A stretch of 64,000 bases of DNA, from assembly GCA_051313645.2 (NCBI GenBank), contig JBNRSN020000020.1, positions 106,454,001 through 106,518,000 of the forward strand. The letters are read 5' to 3'. Below the pieces are notes generated by a model. It did no database searches, was not told the origin of the DNA, and saw only the letters and a program-made list of their open reading frames with translations. A program made the translations under genes and the position numbers. Positions within the stretch are counted from its first letter, which is position 1. Each line of letters begins with the position of its first letter. The DNA is from Centroscyllium fabricii (taxonomy: Eukaryota). Positions 1 to 11,426 of this stretch are shown piece by piece.

Positions 1-448
1 TGAATGTCAGGACTGAAAGGTAAACAGACTGGCCCTCGTGACTCCCATGTTTTCTGTGTTGCCATGGAGCAGTGGCTAACACTGCACTGTCATTTGTTAA
101 GTAGCCTCGCAGGGTAATTCAGCAGTTGAGCAAGTGGGACAATAAGGCGATTCTGTCAACAATTACGATTTTTCCCTTCCTGAATTTTCTCCCTTTCTCC
201 TGGAGGTGCTGACTCCTGCTCGATTCCAGCTCCATGGCAACCATCCAGCGCCTCGGCCCAAGTCCCCCACTGAGTTTTTAGGCACTGGGGATCAGCAGGC
301 CATTTGTCCATACATGGCATCACAGCCAAGCTTCTTCCTGTTCCTACCCAACGTCAAATGGTCTTTTTCTGGACACTTTTCTCATGTTGAGGGCTAGTCT
401 CCATTCGTAGATGAGGGAGGCCCTTTATGAACCAAAGCCCAAGTCTTT

Positions 449-848
449 ATAGACATAGAAGATAGGAACAGGAGTAGGCTATTCGGCCCCTCGAGCCTGC
501 TCCGCCATTCAATGAGATCATGGCTGATCATCCAAACTCACTACCCCGTCCCTGCCTTCTCCCCACATCCCTCGATCCCTATCGAGCCTGCACCGACACA
601 TATCCCACCCTATCCCCGTAACCCCACATATTCAATCCCCCTAACACTAAGGGTCAATTTATCCTGGCCAATCAACCTAACCCGCACATCTTTGGACTGT
701 GGGAGGAAACCGGAGCACCCGGAGGAAACCCACGCAGACACGGGAAGAATGTGCAAACTCCACACAGACAGTACCCGAGGCTGGATTTGAACCCGGGTCT
801 CCAGTGCTGTAAGGCAACAGTGCTAACCACTATGCCACCGTGCCGCCC
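449..848 (-). mobile_element. HE1-like tRNA-derived V-SINE with CR1-derived 3' tail, full length
   Basis: Minus strand reads GGGCGGCACGGTGGCATAGTGGTTAGCAC (A box) ... CCGGGTTCAAATCC (B box), then the V-domain GTGTGGAGTTTGCACATTCTTCCCGTGTCTGCGTGGGTTTCCTCCGGGTGCTCCGGTTTCCTCCCAC and a CR1-type tail ending in CTATGT repeats. Four more copies are in the window. Confidence 0.9.
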
Positions 849-1019
849 AAATGTACGGATTAGTGAGCCCAGATATTAACTATTAATCCCCAGTTGTGGT
901 AAACCTGGAAGAAGGAGGGTGAAAAGATTATTTTGATTTAATTACTAAACACAGAGGGAGGTGAATATATGGATTGGCCTGCCGTGGAGGCAGCGGGGCT
1001 GATTGTAGCAACAAATTGA

Positions 1020-1745
1020 AGAGAAATCAAGTAAATAAAGAGCAACTGTTGCCAGTGACTGAAGGGTCGATAACGAGTGGGCACAGATTTAAGGGGATTG
1101 GCAAAAGAACCCGAGGTGACAGGAGGAAAACCGTATTTACATAGTGAGTAGTCAGGATTAGGAATCCACTGCCTGATCGGGAGGTGGAGGTAGATTCAAT
1201 GCACAGAAACACAGAAGATAGGAACAGGAGTAGGCCATTCGGCCCTTCGAGCCTGCTCCGCCATTTTGATGAGATCATGGCTGATCATCCAAACCCAGCA
1301 GCCCCCCCTCCTACTCTCTCCCCATATCCCCCGAATCCCACCCTATCCCCGTAAACCCCACATATTTAATCCCCATAACACTAAGGGTCAGTTTATGCTG
1401 GCCAATCAACCTAACCCCGCACATCTTTGGACTGTGGGAGGAAACCGGAGCACCCGGGGGAAACCCACGCAGACACGGGGAGAATGTGCAAACTCCACAC
1501 AGATAGTCACCCGAGGCTGGATTTGAACCCGGGCCCCTAGCGCTGTGAGGCAACAGTGCTAACCACTATGCCACCTTCAAAGTAGTAGCCTTCAAAAGGC
1601 AATTGGATAAATACTTGAAGGAGAAAAAATTGCTGGGATATGGGGAAGAGCGGGAGAGTGGGACTAACTGGATCACTCTTCGACAGAGCCGGCGCAGACT
1701 GGATGGGCCGCATGGCCTCCTTCTGTGCTGTCCGATTCTATGATA
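1020..1745 (+). mobile_element. Degenerate CR1 LINE 3' fragment, split by the SINE at 1203-1575
   Basis: Decayed ORF2 C-terminus (TRGH-like and WN-LP-like segments), reading through the SINE as gattcaat|agtagccttcaaaagg. Tail GGGCCGCATGGCCTCCTTCTGTGCTG...TTCTATGAT. Confidence 0.75.
1203..1575 (-). mobile_element. HE1-like V-SINE, variant body/tail junction
   Basis: Same tRNA head and V-domain as 449-848; lacks the internal GGTGCAGGCTCGAT segment. Confidence 0.88.
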
Positions 1746-1833
1746 GTGCCTGGAGGAAAATTTAATCAGAGGGGAATGAGAGGAATCAGCTGGCACTGGC
1801 CCGATGAACAACAATGGTGCTTTTCAGTATTGT

Positions 1834-2681
1834 ACATAGAATCATAGAATCATCGAGTTATACAGCACAGAAAGAGGCCCTTCGGCCCATCGTGTCCGCG
1901 CCGCCCATCAAGCCCTATCTAATCTAATCCCATTTTCCAGCACTTGGTGTGCTTGTATGCTATGGTGTTTCAAGTGCTCATCTAAATGCTTCTTGAATGT
2001 TGTGAGGGTTCCTGCCTCTACCACCCTTTCAGGCAGTGAGTTCCAGATTCCAACCACCCTCTGGGTGAAAAGGTTTCTCCTCAAATCCCCTCTAAACCTC
2101 CCGCCCCTTACCTTGAAACTATGTCCCCCTGGTTATTGACCCCTCTACCTTGGGAAAAAGTTCCTTTCTATCTACCCTATCTATGCCCCTCATAATTTTG
2201 TACACCTCAATTTTGTTCCCCCCTCAGCCTTCTCTGCTCTAAGGAAAACAACCCTGGCCTGTCCAGTCTCTCTTCATAGCTGAAGCGCTCCAGCCCAGGT
2301 AACATCCTGGTGAATCTCCTCTGCACCCTCTCCAAAGCAATCACATCCTTCCAAGAGTGTGGCGACCAGAATTGCACACCGTACTCCAGCTGTGGCCTTC
2401 CCAGCGTTTTGTACAGCTCCATCATAACCTCCCTGCTCTTATATTCTATGCCTCGGCTAATGAAGGCAAGTATCCCATATGTCTTTTTAACCACCTTATC
2501 CACCTGTCCTGCTGCCTTCAGGGATCTATGTACCTGCACACCAAGGTCCATCCGATCCTCTGTCTTTCCTAAGGTCCTACCATTCATTGTGTATTCACTT
2601 GCCTGTTAGTCCTCCCAAAATACATCACCTCACACTTTTCAGGGTTAAATTCCATCTGCCACTGTTCTGCCCATCTGACCT
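1834..2681 (-). mobile_element. 5'-truncated CR1 LINE (ORF2 C-terminal region plus 3' UTR)
   Basis: ORF 2207-2587 reads DLGVQVH...LYKTL.RPQLEY.VQFWSP...LERVQRRFTRM, typical of CR1 ORF2. (GATTCTAT)n tail at about 1835-1852. Confidence 0.92.
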
Positions 2682-2763
2682 ATATTTCTAAATCACCTGC
2701 TATGGAATTTAGACGATGCCCAACATGCACCACAGGAAGTAGACAATTAACACGCTTGTAGAA

Positions 2764-3140
2764 TTCTTTTTCATTCACAGGATGTGGGCATCACTGGCAA
2801 GGCCGGCATTTATTGCCCATCCCTAATCGCCTTTGAGAAGGTGGTAGTGAGCCGCCTTCCTGCACCACTGCAGTCTGTGTGGTGAAGGTGCTCCCACAGT
2901 GCCGACTTTGTCATAGCGGTTTGGTACAACAGAGTGGCTCGCTGGGCCACTTCAGAGGGCAGTTACGAGTCAATTGCATCGCTGTGTGACTGGCGTCGCG
3001 TGTAGGTCAGACGGGGTAAGGACGGCAGATTTCCTTCCCGAAAGGACATTGGTGAGCCAGACAGGTTTTTATGACAATCCGACAGATTCATGGTCACCGT
3101 TACTGATACCAGCTCTTATAAACTAATTGAATTTAAATTA
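2764..3140 (-). mobile_element. SINE of a second family (head missing), with LINE-derived tail
   Basis: Homologous to 11576-12627 (GGCAGATTTCCTTCCC...GGACATT.GTGA.CC core). The tail matches the LINE 3' end at 18470-18690. Confidence 0.75.
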
Positions 3141-3361
3141 AAACCCTACAGTGAAGCAAAAAGACATGGCAAGATACTAATACAGTCCGATGACCTAACC
3201 TACATGAGACCGTTCTGACCGATTAGAGCGTGAAAAGGGAATTCAAACCTCACGCAGCTTTTTCAGCAAGTTCTTGATAACTTAATCTTTGGCATTGCTT
3301 TATGTGAACGGATTACTCAAGGCATTACTGTTCCACGCTGCTTGTAGAGAGCAGGTGAATG

Positions 3362-3700
3362 AATGATCAGGAGCACAGGTGCAGTCGTAAACCATTCAGC
3401 CCCCCGCGCCTGCCCTGCCAAACAAATGAGATCATGTCTCATCTGTGCCTGAACCCCATTTTCCCTCCTTTGCTCCATGTCCCTCGACACCCTTACCCAA
3501 CAAAAATCTTTCCATCTCAATCTTGAAAGCTTCATTTGACTCTCAGCATCCACCATCTTTTCGGGGGAGAGAGTTTCAGATTTCCGCCACTCTTTGTGTG
3601 AATTGGTGTTTCCTGATTTCATTCCTGAACAAAGTAGCTCTGATTTTATGATTACGCTCCCTTGTGCTGGACTCCCCAACCGGAGGAATTTCTCTGTAAC
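3362..3700 (-). mobile_element. Degenerate CR1 3' fragment
   Basis: Decayed homology to the other CR1 tails (aggagcacaggtgcagtcgtaaaccattcagcccc...agagtttcagatttccgccactctttgtgtgaa). Confidence 0.65.
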
Positions 3701-3865
3701 TACTCCCTCATGGTACTGTAGTGCCGACCGTGGCTCATTGGGCAGCACTCTTGCCCCTGCGTCAGACGGTTGCGGGTTCAAATCCCACTCCAGAAACTGG
3801 AGCACTAAAACCTAGGCTGACACTCCCAGTACAGTCCTGAGAGAACGCTGCACTGTTGGATAAGG

Positions 3866-4265
3866 ACATAGAAACATAGAAGATAGGAGCCTGAGTAGGC
3901 CATTCGGCCCTTCTAGCCTGCTCCGCCATTCAATGAGATCATGGCTGATCATCCAAACCCAGCACCCCATCCCTGCCTTGTCCCCATATCCCTCGATCCC
4001 TATCGAGCCTGCATCGACACATATCCCACCCTATCCCCATAACCCCACACATTCAATCCCCCTAACACTAAGGGTCAATTTATCATGGCCAATCAACCTA
4101 ACCCGCACATCTTTGGACTGTGGGAGGAAACCGGAGCACCCGGAGGAAACCCACGCAGACACGGGGAGAATGTGCAAACTCCACACAGATAGTACCCGAG
4201 GCTGGATTTGAACCCGGGTCTCTAGTGCTGTAAGGCAACAGTGCTAGCCACTATGCCACCATGCT
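3866..4265 (-). mobile_element. HE1-like V-SINE
   Basis: Near-identical to 449-848. Confidence 0.9.
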
Positions 4266-4266
4266 G

Positions 4267-4691
4267 ACATAAGAAATAGGAACAGGAGTCGGCCATTTGG
4301 CCCTTTGAGCCAGCTCCACCATTCAGTGAGATCATGGCTGATCTTCTATTGATCTCTGTCTTGAATATACTCAACGACTGAGCCTCCACAGCCCTCTGCG
4401 GTAGAGAATTCCAAAGATTCACCACCCTCTGAGTGAAGAAATTTCTCCTCATCTCAGCCCTAAATGGCTGACTCCTTATTCTGAGACTGTGACCCCTGGT
4501 TCTAGACTCCCCAGCCAGGGGAAACATCCTCCCTGTCAAGCCCTGTAAGAATTTTATATGTTTCAATGAGATCACATCTCATTCTTCTAAACTCACGAGA
4601 ATATAGGCCTAGTCTACTCAATCTGTCCTCATAGGGCAACCCTCCCTATCCCAGGAACCAGTCGGGTGAACCTTCATTGCACTCCCTCTAT
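4267..4691 (-). mobile_element. CR1 (HER1-like) 3' fragment with internal deletions
   Basis: Translates to TRGHSLRI...MRRNFFTQRVVNLWNSLPQRAVEA; same family as 7611-11450. Confidence 0.88.
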
Positions 4692-4737
4692 GGTGCTGTC
4701 TTTCAGATGAGATGTTAAACTGAGGAGATGTTAAACT

Positions 4738-5164
4738 TATATAGTGCCCTTTCATGACCTCAGGATGTCCCAAAGAACCTTACAGTCACTGTTGTAATGT
4801 AGGAAAAGCAGCAACCAATTTGAGCACAGCAAGGTCCCACAAACAGCAATGTGATAATGACCAGACAATCTGTTTTAGTGATGTTGATTGAGGGATAAAT
4901 ATTGGCCAGGACACCGGGGAGAACTCACCCTGCTCTTCTTCGAAATAGTGGCCGTGGGATATTTTACATCCACATGAGAGGGCAGACGGGACCTTGGTTT
5001 AACGTCTTATCCAAAAGATGACACCTCCGACAGTGCAGCTTTCCCTCAGCACTGCACTGGGAGTGTTAGCCTAGATTTTTGTGCTCAAGTCTCTGGAGTG
5101 GGACTTGAACCCACAACCTTCTGACCTTAAAGTGAGAGTGCTACCCACTGAGCCACAGCTGACA
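4738..5164 (-). mobile_element. SacSINE1-like Deu-SINE, near full length
   Basis: tRNA head at 5100-5164, Deu-like core (GAAGAAGAGCAGGG...CCGGTGTCCTGGCCAATATTTATCCCTCAA), and L2-type tail ending GAAAGGGCACTATATAA. Confidence 0.8.
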
Positions 5165-5576
5165 TAACTCTTTGGAGTGTGAGGAAGTCCTTCTTTTGAG
5201 ATAAAGCAGACCCATTGAAAATTGTCCCTGACATTGAATTGGCTCCCCTCGTGGTAAACTGGTGTATGAATGGATCAGTCACAGTCACAGCGACCCAGAA
5301 AGCCCTGGGCGACACAGCCATATCCTTTCTGTTTGAATATCATGGGCCTGGAGATTTGGGAAAGGGCCGTTGTTCGACTGGTGGGAAAATCTTAAACCTG
5401 AACTGCTCGAATCCGCAGCTTGTGGTATTTGCCAGTTTCTGGGGATGGGGACTTAAAACTTCAGCCTCAGTGTTCCTGGTCCGTGCAGGAAGCGCATCTG
5501 AAAAAATCCTGCCCCCGCTGCCTGTGATTTTCAGACTGTTTTACATTTTAACGGTGTGGAAATGTCGGGCTGGGAG

Positions 5577-6270
5577 TAGAAACATAGAAACATAGAAAAT
5601 AAGTGCAGGAGTAGACCATTCGGTCCTTCGAGCCTGCACCGCCATTTAATGCGTTCATGGCTGAACATGCTACCTCAGTACCCCATTCCTGCTTTCTCGC
5701 CATACCCCTTGATCCCCCTAGTTGTGAGTATTATATCTAACTCCCTTTTGAATATATTTAGCGAATTGGCCTCAACAACCTTCTGTGGCAGAGAATTCCA
5801 CAGATTCACCACCCTCTGGGTGAAGAAGTTCCTCCTCATCTCAGTCTTAAATGGCCTCCCCTTTATCCTTAGACTGTGACCCCTGGTTCTAGTCTTCCAT
5901 AACATTGGAACCATTCTGCCCGCATCTAACTTGTCTAAACCAGTCAGGATTTTAAACATCTCTATAAGATCCCCTCTCATTCTTCTGAACTCCAGAGGAT
6001 ACAAGTTCAGTTGATCCAGTCTTTCTTGATATGTCAGTCCGGCCATCCCAGGAATCAATCTAGTGAACCTTCGCTGCACTCCCTCAATAGCAAGAATGTC
6101 CTTCCTCAAGTTAGGAGAACAAAACTGCACACAATACTCCAGATGTGGCCTCACCAAGGCCCTGTACAACTGTAGCATCACCTCCCTACTCCTGTACTCA
6201 AATCCCCTTGCTATGAAGGTCATCATGCCATTTGCTTTCTTGACTGCCTGCTGCACTTGCATTCCCACCT
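5577..6270 (-). mobile_element. 5'-truncated CR1 LINE with an uninterrupted 197-codon ORF2 C-terminus
   Basis: ORF 5675-6268 (LYRALVRPHLEYCVQF...EGVQRRFTRLIP...RGDLIE...FFTQRVVNLWNSLP); (TTTCTATG)n tail. Confidence 0.93.
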
Positions 6271-8860
6271 GCAGCAGTTCCGACTGAGGGGCGGCGGCCT
6301 TTGGGAACTGAGTGGTATTGGGTAGCAGATACGACCATCTGGTACGATTAGGACCTGCCGTTCACTGAGACTCCGCCGACGAAAGCAGATTAATGCGAGC
6401 AGGGACTGGATAGTTAAATGAGTGGCTTCTCATTCTGTGATGAAAGGGAAAGCAGATGCAAGTGTCCAGAGACGGGCAGCATAGAGAAACACAATTACCC
6501 TGTACAGCATGTTGAAAGTACTAAGCGAGGACAGACTTCCATGCAGCTCAGTTTGACCTTTCCGAATCATTGATTCATGATTTTCATGAAATATTCTGAA
6601 GCCGAAAGCCCTGTTGTGAATTCCTTTGGCAGACTGAAAAGAATTCTTATGCTCTCAAAGTAGGAATAGGAACCATTGATTGGACAGATTCCCCTTTGAA
6701 TTAGTCTTTCTCCCCTGAATATATATATTTAAAAATTTCCTTTGGTTCTTCTCTGCATTAGAAAGTTGGAAGCACAAGCCCCGCTCTCAAACTTGAGCAC
6801 ATAATGTAGGCTTACACTTGAGTGCAGATGAGAGAGTGTTGAGTGAAGAAGTGTTGCTGAGTGAGGACAAGCTTAGTGAGGGAATGTGTTATACTGAGTG
6901 AGGGATAATAGACAAATAGACCCAGATGGGAATGTTTCCCATTGTGCACTGTACATGTACATGAGCTGACATGGAGACACTCAATACCAGACAGGATGTT
7001 TCTCATTGTGTCCAGTTAGTCGTCACTGCTTGAACAGCGGTGATGACCCATTTACTTTCTCTGTTGAAGAACAGAACTCCCCAGCTACCCCACAAAAAAA
7101 TGAAAAGACTTTCTAAACATGATTGAAGTGAAACTACAGCGAATGAGTCTATGCCTAGATAAATTCCTGAAGTGACAAGTGCAGTGGGACATATGGGTGT
7201 TGAGTAGAGTTTCACTGTGAAATTCTCACAGAAAGCAGCTTCAAATATATTCTTTCATTTCTTTTTTTCTTTGGCTGGGAGTTACGTTGTGGCACAAAAG
7301 CGATTCTAGGACAATGCAGCTTTATAAGTGTTAGAGCCAGTGCTAGATTTTCCGGAGACATGCAGTGATAGCTATTGATTTCTGTATTTTTAAAGATTTA
7401 TGATAGAAACAAGCATTTATTTGACAAATCAAATTCTTGTGAAAAGCCTGTTGGCGTTTTCATTTCACCATTGAAGAATTTGACACATTAATCTAAATCA
7501 GAGAGAGAGAGCTCTGAATTAATATTTGTATTATATTTATTTCTTTTATCTTTGGATAGTTGATTGATTCCTGGGACGAGAGGGTTGTTCTATGAGGAGA
7601 GATTGAGTAGAACATAAGAACATAGTAAATAGGAGCAGGAGTCGGACATTCGGCCTCTCCAGTCTGCTCCGCCATTCGATAAGATCATGGCTGATCTTCC
7701 ACCTCAGATCCACTTACCAGCCCGATCCCCATATCCCCGATTCCCTTAGCATCCAAATATCTATCGCTCTCTGTCTTGAATATACTCAACGACTGAGCCT
7801 CCACAGCCATCTGGGGTAGAGAATTCCAAAGATTCACAACCCTCTGAGTGAAGAAATGTCTCCTCATCTCAGTCCTGAATGGCCAACCCTTATTCGGAGA
7901 CTGTGACCCCTGGTTCTAGACTCCCCAGCCAGGGGAAACATCCTCCCTGCATCTACCCTGTCAAGCCTTGTAAGAATTTTATATGGTTCAATGAGATCAC
8001 CTCTCATTCTTCTAAACTCTAGAGATTATAGGCCTAGTCTACTCAATCTCTCCTCATAGGAATCAGTCTGGTGAACCTTCGTTGTACTCACTCTATGGCA
8101 AGTATATCCTTCCTTAGGTAAGGAGACCAAAACTGTGCACAATACTCCAGGTGTGGTCTCACCAGGGCCCTATATAATTGCAGTAAGACGTTTTTACTCT
8201 TATACTCAAATCCTCTTGTAATAAAGGCCAACATTCCATTTGCTTTCCTAATTGCTTGCTGTACCTGCAGGTTAACTTTCAGTGATTCGTGTACAAGGAC
8301 ACCCAGGTCCCTCTGAACACCAACATTTCCCAATCTCGCACCATTTAAAAAATATTCTATTTTTCCTACCAAAGTGGATAACTTCACATTTCTCCACGTT
8401 ATATTCCATTTGCCATGTTCTTGCCCAATCACTTAGCCTGTCTATATCCCCTTGAAGCCTCCTTGCATCCTCCTCACAACTTACATTCCCACCTAGTTTT
8501 GTATCATCAGCAAACTTCGATATATTACATTTGGTTCCCTCATGAAAATGATGTAGATTGAGAGTAGCTGAGGCCCAAGCACTGATCCTAGTCGTACTCC
8601 ACTAGTTACAGCCTGCCAACCTGAAAATGACCCGTTTATTCCTACTGTCTGTTTTCTGTCCATTAATCAATCCTCAATCAATGCTAGTATATTACCCCCA
8701 TCCCATGAGCCCTAATTTTGTTTAATAACCTCTTGTGTGGCACCTTATCGAATGCCTTCTGAAAATCCAAATACACCACATCCACTGGTTCCCCCTTATC
8801 TATTCTAATAGTTACAACCTCGAAAAACTCTAACAGATTCGTCAAACATGATTTCCCTTT

Positions 8861-9271
8861 CATAGAAACATAGAAACATAGAAGATAGGAGCAGGAGTAG
8901 GCCATTCGGCCCTTCGAGCCTGCTCCGCCATTCAATGAGATCATGGCTGATCATCCAAACCCAGTACCCTGTCCCTACCTTGTCCCCATATCCCTTGACC
9001 CCTATCGAGCCTGCACTGACACATATCCCACCCTATCCCCGTAACCCCACATATTCAATCCCCCTAATACTAAGGGCCAATTTATTCTGGCCAATCAACC
9101 TAACCCGCACATCTTTGGACTGTGGGAGGAAACCGGAGCACCCGGAGGAAACCCACGCAGACACGGGGTGAATGTGCAAACTCCACACTGATAGTACCCG
9201 AGGCTGGATTTGAACCCGGGTCTCTAGTGCTGTAAGGCAACAGTGCTAACCACTGTGCCACCATGCCGCCC
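8861..9271 (-). mobile_element. HE1-like V-SINE inserted in the CR1 RT region
   Basis: Near-identical to 449-848; probable TSD TTTCATA (8858-8864 / 9278-9284). Confidence 0.9.
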
Positions 9272-9459
9272 ACAAAATTTCATAAATCCGTATTTACTCT
9301 GCCCAATCCTATTATTATTTTCTAAGTGCCCTGTTAACACGTCCTTAATAATAGATTCTAGCCTTTTCCCTACTACTGATGTCAGTAGTTCCCTGTTTTC
9401 TCTCTCCCTCCTTTCGTAAATAGTGGGGTTACATTTGTTACCTTCCAGTCTGTGGGAAC

Positions 9460-9720
9460 TGATGTAATAAAGACTTACCAAGCTTTTAGTGAACATAAAG
9501 CAAGGCTTTATTCAACTTATAACATAAAGACAGAGAGCTAGTTCACAGTCACCAGCCTCCTAGTTCCAGAGTGTCTCTGTTTAAACTGGTGCTTAGGCCC
9601 CAGTATTTATATTCCCTGTCCAGGTGCCCTCAGCTGGCCAACCAGTAACTGTTCCTAGGTTGTTTGGAAGTCCAATCAGTAACTCTTCCTAGGTTATTTA
9701 GGAAGTCATGTTTTATGACA
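9460..9720 (-). mobile_element. Solo LTR, 261 bp (Gypsy or BEL type)
   Basis: TG...CA termini and perfect 5-bp TSD GGAAC (9455-9459 / 9721-9725). Minus-strand TATAAAT near 9605-9611 and AATAAA at 9507-9512. The CR1 host is collinear once it is removed. Confidence 0.85.
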
Positions 9721-10847
9721 GGAACCATTCGAGAATCTATGGAATTTTGGAAAATGACAACCAATGTATCCACTATCTCTATAGCCACCTCTTTTAAAAT
9801 CCTAGGATGCAGGCCATCAGTTCCTGGAGATTTATTAACTTTCAGTCCCATTAATTTCTCCAGCACTTTTTTTATGAATACTAATTTTTTTCAGTTCCTT
9901 ATTCTCACAAGACCCTCGGTTCTCCACTATTTCCAGGATGTTGTTTTGCATCTTCTTCTGTGAAGACAGACACAAAGTATTTATTTAATTTCTCTGCCAT
10001 TTCCTTATTCCCCATTATAATTTCTCCTGTCTCAGCCTGTGAAGACCCCACATTTACTTTCACTAGTCTTTCACTTTTTACATACATATAGAAGCTTTTA
10101 CAGTCTGTTTTTATGTCTCTTGCTAGTTTACTCTCATTCTATTTTCCATTTCTTTATCAATTTCTTGGTTCTCCTTTGCTGAATTCTAAAATCCTCCCAA
10201 TCCTCAGGCTTACTACTCTTATTGGCAACATTATAAGCCTCTTCCTTTAATCTAATACTATCTTTAATTTCTCTTGTTAGCCATGATTGGACCATTTTTC
10301 CTGTTGTGTTTTTACTCCATAATGGAATGTATATTCATTGCGAATTATGAATTATTTCTTTAAATGTTTGACATTGCTTTTCTACTGTCACATCTTTTAA
10401 TCTAGTTTCCCAACCTACCTTAGCTAACATACCTCTAATACCTATGTAGTTTGCTTTTTTCGGGTTTCAGACCCGAGTTTTGTACTTAACTAAATCACTC
10501 TCAAACTCAACCACTCTCAAACTCAACATAAAATTCTATCATATTATGATCACTGCTCCCCAGAGGCTCTTTTACTGCAAGGTTATTAATTAACCCTGTC
10601 TCATTGTACAGTACTAGATCTAAAATATCCAATTTCCTTGTCGGTTCCTTGACATACTGATCTAGAAAACTACCTTGAATGCATTCCATGAACGCTTCCT
10701 CTGCACGATTTCTGTAAATTTGGTTTGCCCAGTCTATATGAAAGTTAAAGTCCCCCATGATTACTGTATTACCCTTGTATCTCTAATTTCCTGATTTATA
10801 CTCTGCCCGACACTACAAACCACTGTTAGGGGGCCTATAGATTACTC

Positions 10848-11426
10848 ATAAGAACATAAGAACATAAGAAATAGGAGCAGGAGTAGGCCAATCGGCCCCT
10901 CGAGCCTGCTCCGCCATTCAATAAGATCATGGCTGATCCTACCCTAACCTTCTTCCCACTATCACCCTTCATCCCACCCGAAAAACCATGTGATCTCCTG
11001 GGAGAGGCGAAAAACCGGATAAAAACCCAGGCTAATTTGGGAAAAAAATCTGGGAAATTCCTCTCCGACCCCAATCTAGGCGATCGAAACTTGTCCAGGA
11101 GATCACTCAGGTCTTACTATACTAACAATAGCTCAGGTCCACTTCCCTGCCCGCTCCCCGTAACCCCTAATTCCCTTGTCTGCTAAAAAACAGTCTATTT
11201 CCGTTTTAAATTTATTTAACGTTCCCGCTTCCACAGCTCTCTGAGGCAGCAAATTCCATAGATTAACCACCCTCTGAGTGAAGAAGTTTCTCCTCATCTC
11301 AGTTTTAAAAGAGCCCCCCCTTATTCTAAGACTATGCCCCCTAGTTCTAGTCTCCCCGATCATTGGAAACATCTTTAGCGCATCCACCCGATCAAGGCCC
11401 CTCACGATCTTATACGTTTCAATAAC
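10848..11426 (-). mobile_element. Well-preserved CR1 3' fragment with a structured 3' UTR module
   Basis: ORF 11133-11405 is the ORF2 C-terminus; (TTCTTATG)n tail; possible TSD ACTC. Confidence 0.88.

Larger units (their letters stand above)
3721..4725 (+). mobile_element. 5' part of a SacSINE1-like Deu-SINE (3721-3862 and 4692-4725), interrupted by a V-SINE and a CR1
   Basis: tRNA head GTGGCTCATTGGGCAGCAC...GGGTTCAAATCCCACTCC; the body resumes as GGTGCTGTCTTTCAGATGAGATGTTAAACTGAGG. Inverted homologue of 4738-5164. Confidence 0.75.

Noticed and set aside
512-790. Recurrent 'MRSWLIIQTQ' ORFs (also at 1266, 3933, 8935) as a gene family
   Set aside because: They are antisense translations of the V-SINE copies.
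7016-7116. Possible + strand terminal exon (xSRHCLNSGDDPFTFSVEEQNSPATPQKNEKTF-stop)
   Set aside because: Only a modest acceptor, peptide not recognised, and no supporting upstream exon; needs RNA-seq.
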